Of a stretch of 20,000 nt of DNA, positions 18,175 through 20,000 are shown piece after piece. The notes below the pieces were generated by a model that saw only the letters and a program-made list of their open reading frames with translations, was not told where the DNA came from and did no database searches. The translations under genes were made by a program, and so were the position numbers. The stretch is from the IMG/VR virus record IMGVR_UViG_3300028805_000071; one strand, given 5' to 3'. Every line of letters starts with the position of its first letter. The stretch's first letter is position 1. This DNA comes from an uncultured virus (IMG/VR IMGVR_UViG_3300028805_000071). Lineage: Duplodnaviria; Heunggongvirae; Uroviricota; Caudoviricetes.

Positions 18175-18579
18175 ATGACTTACTACTTCGATATGGACGG
18201 CGTACTCGCTAACTTCCACAAGGCATATAAAGAAAACAAGGCAGTTGCACTCGACAAGGACGCAATGGCAAACCTCGAACCTTTTGAAGAGAATGTGGCT
18301 CTCGTAAATAACCTCATCTCTACTGGAATCAAGGTTTACATCCTCACCAAAGCCGCCAACGAAGATGGCAAGGCTGGAAAAATCGAGTGGCTTGCAAAGT
18401 ACATCCCCGCTCTTGACCTTGAAAACTTCATTTGCATCGTAGGGGCTGGCAAGAAAATCGACTACATCAGAGAGGATGGAATCCTCGTTGATGACGATAT
18501 GAAGAACCTCACCCCTTGGGCAAAGGCTGGCTTCGGCACCTACTTCGTAGAGGAGAAGGGTGCGGTCATCACCTTCTAA
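18175..18579 (+). CDS. HAD-superfamily phosphatase, 5'(3')-deoxyribonucleotidase-like (134 aa)
   Basis: YFDMDGVLANF, YILT, GKIEWL..Y, ILVDD...NL..W; GAGGAG RBS. Confidence 0.85.
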   Translation: MTYYFDMDGVLANFHKAYKENKAVALDKDAMANLEPFEENVALVNNLISTGIKVYILTKAANEDGKAGKIEWLAKYIPALDLENFICIVGAGKKIDYIREDGILVDDDMKNLTPWAKAGFGTYFVEEKGAVITF

Positions 18580-18588
18580 GGCAAACCA

Positions 18589-18614
18589 ACGGACGGGCAA
18601 CCGTCCGTATTTTT
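18589..18614 (+). terminator. Intrinsic terminator
   Basis: ACGGACGG-GCAA-CCGTCCGT followed by ATTTTT. Confidence 0.8.
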
Positions 18615-18639
18615 ATTCATGCTGATGTATAAAAATACA
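18606..18639. promoter_or_regulatory. Tandem ARG-box-like pair (ArgR/AhrC)
   Basis: CGTATTTTTATTCA-6 bp-TGTATAAAAATACA. The same 14+6+14 layout recurs at 14285-14318, 17569-17602 and 19664-19697. Confidence 0.55.
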
Positions 18640-18640
18640 G

Positions 18641-18654
18641 CGAACATACGTTCG
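18641..18654. promoter_or_regulatory. Perfect Firmicute LexA box
   Basis: CGAACATACGTTCG, identical to 14684-14697. Confidence 0.75.
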
Positions 18655-18834
18655 GAAAATTTTACATTTGTGCGATAAAATGCAAAATTTTGCCAAAGTC
18701 CAGCTCGCCGCCAGCGGCAGCCGGCGGCGAGATTTTTATTTTTTGCGGGATTGCGGAAAAAATTTGCGTTTTTGCGGAAAAAATGCGAAAAAACGCGATT
18801 TCCCAAAACTTTCACACACTAAAGCGTTAAAGTG

Positions 18835-18861
18835 TTAGCACTCACCCCAATCGGGTGCTAA
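18835..18861. promoter_or_regulatory. CIRCE (HrcA operator)
   Basis: TTAGCACTC-N9-GGGTGCTAA, one mismatch from consensus. Confidence 0.75.
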
Positions 18862-18931
18862 CAGAAAAAAATTTTTTAAAAAATTTTAAAAAAAGTATTG
18901 ACATTTCCAAGAGAGTATGGTAATATATAAT

Positions 18932-19037
18932 TGTTCCAAGGGAGAGAGCGGAAACGAGTACTCCCTCAGGTTTTACAAGGTTAGTCACCGCGGGTTTTGA
19001 CTGCAACACAAACCGAAACGATAGAGTGGCCACTCGA
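18932..19037 (+). ncRNA. Candidate ~105-nt structured small RNA
   Basis: Own promoter (18898-18926), no ATG-led ORF. Stems GGGAG/CTCCC, GGTTT/AAACC enclosing TAGTCA/TGACTG, and the palindrome GAGTGGCCACTC. Confidence 0.5.
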
Positions 19038-19090
19038 AAAATTTTTAAAAAACCCTTGACAGATAGCACCAAGTGTGCTACAATATAAAT

Positions 19091-19305
19091 GTAATGAGGG
19101 ATGCGGGGCAGAACCGCTGGTAGTCTCTTGAGTGAGACGGGTAAGACCTTCGACGACAAAGTCCTCGACCGCACGGAGTCCTGTTGTGCGGGATATAAAT
19201 GTGAACCAAGCCCTTAAGTGTGGCAACCCCTTCAGTAACTGGGTAAGGCGAAGAACCCCCCAAAGTGCTGAGAACGGATGGAATGGGGGACGGCAGGACT
19301 CCGTG
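19091..19305 (+). ncRNA. Structured ncRNA, paralog 1 (family not recognised)
   Basis: Own promoter, GC-rich, no RBS-led ORF, several stems, 16-bp long-range complement 19172-19187/19290-19305, motifs shared with paralog 2. Confidence 0.7.
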
Positions 19306-19371
19306 GAAAAGTTTTTCAAAAAAGTTTTGAAAAACGCTTGACAAATAGCACCGAAGGTGCTATACTATAAT

Positions 19372-19620
19372 CAAGGTAAGGGAAGTGAGAGCCGCGGAAG
19401 CCCCGTTAGGCACAGGTAGCCAAGTAAGCCTCTCCCCGATAAAGTCCTTACCACCGCAAGGGTCTCAGCGTTGCGGTATATAAGTGTGAACCAAAGCCCC
19501 CAGGCGGTTGGAATAGGCAAAGGGGGTACACATCGCTGTAGAGGCACCGCAAAGGCTCCGAGGTAAAGGAGAGAGCGAACGGGACTCGGAGCCGACCCCC
19601 AAAAACTTGGGGGCTTTTTT
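19372..19620 (+). ncRNA. Structured ncRNA, paralog 2 (family not recognised)
   Basis: Own promoter and terminator (CCCCCAA-AAAC-TTGGGGG plus T6, 19596-19620); same stem order and conserved motifs as paralog 1. Confidence 0.7.
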
Positions 19621-19770
19621 ATTTGCCGCCCGGCTTCGGTCACGCTGGGCGGCATTTCGTTTCTGCATATCTATGCAAAAAAATGTATAAAAATTTTTTT
19701 GAGAAACCCCTTGACAAAAAATCCCAAAACTGTTATAATAATTATAGAAAAAAGAGAGGAGACCAAGACA

Positions 19771-19986
19771 ATGTTGAAGGTAAACACAAATGTAAATACT
19801 GAAATCTTAACCGAAGATACTTATAATTATGTAACAGTATGGACAAGAAGAAACGGTGAAAAGTATGTAACCGCTTACGGAGATGACCTCACAGATGTTA
19901 GAGAACAGGGGTATTTCCACTGGGCTGTGATTACCGACTACGAAGGCAACTTCGAAGTAATGCCCACCACAGAAATTACTTGGTAA
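19771..19986 (+). CDS. 71-aa hypothetical protein
   Basis: Promoter 19711, GAGGAG RBS. Confidence 0.75.
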   Translation: MLKVNTNVNTEILTEDTYNYVTVWTRRNGEKYVTAYGDDLTDVREQGYFHWAVITDYEGNFEVMPTTEITW

Positions 19987-20000
19987 AAAAATAAAAAAAG

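Larger units (their letters stand above)
14332..19739 (+). promoter_or_regulatory. Array of 15 co-oriented sigma-A promoters with A/T-tract UP elements
   Basis: -35 hexamers start at 14332, 14809, 15319, 15759, 15994, 16207, 16620, 16885, 17121, 17881 (TTGCAT), 18113 (TTGCAA), 18898, 19056, 19338 and 19711. Each has a 17-bp spacer and a TATAAT/TAATAT/TATACT/TATCAT/TACAAT -10, nearly all with extended TG. Confidence 0.9.

Noticed and set aside
18932..19620. tRNA (including a UGA suppressor), tmRNA, RNase P, or hammerhead/twister/pistol ribozyme
   Set aside because: No cloverleaf with a TTCRA T-loop and no CTGATGA core. AAAGTCC and AAGCCC resemble RNase P or twister/pistol fragments, but I could not build the required flanking structure.
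18842..19668. ORF-track proteins over the ncRNA region
   Set aside because: No RBS, non-ATG or promoter-overlapping starts; the shared features are structural rather than codon-level.

Overview
This window is part of a large tailed (Caudoviricetes) phage genome; its operator motifs point to a Firmicute/clostridial host. It has four zones. (1) 1-6883, minus strand: a head-packaging module (putative regulator, TerS candidate, TerL, PD-(D/E)XK-like nuclease, portal, prohead protease/scaffold). Four of these genes are broken by five in-frame TGA codons and become single long genes if TGA=Trp. (2) 7006-12506, plus strand: a tightly packed operon of small genes, including three tandem paralog families, a Lar-like protein and a nucleoside 2-deoxyribosyltransferase-like protein; TGA appears here only at gene ends. 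(3) ~12530-14000: a non-coding, strand-skewed (CA/AC-rich) tract, possibly the genome end or packaging region. (4) 14000-20000: about 15 near-consensus sigma-A promoters, each driving one or two tiny genes or a non-coding RNA, as in host-takeover regions. Interspersed islands are densely packed with apparent host repressor operators (LexA, HrcA/CIRCE, Rex, tandem ArgR-like boxes) and several unidentified repeated palindromes. Two paralogous structured ncRNAs of about 215-250 nt sit at 19091-19620. The best candidates for novel biology are the multi-regulon operator islands, the paired ncRNAs, and UGA gating of the packaging genes. All protein family calls come from recalled motifs and gene order, not database searches.
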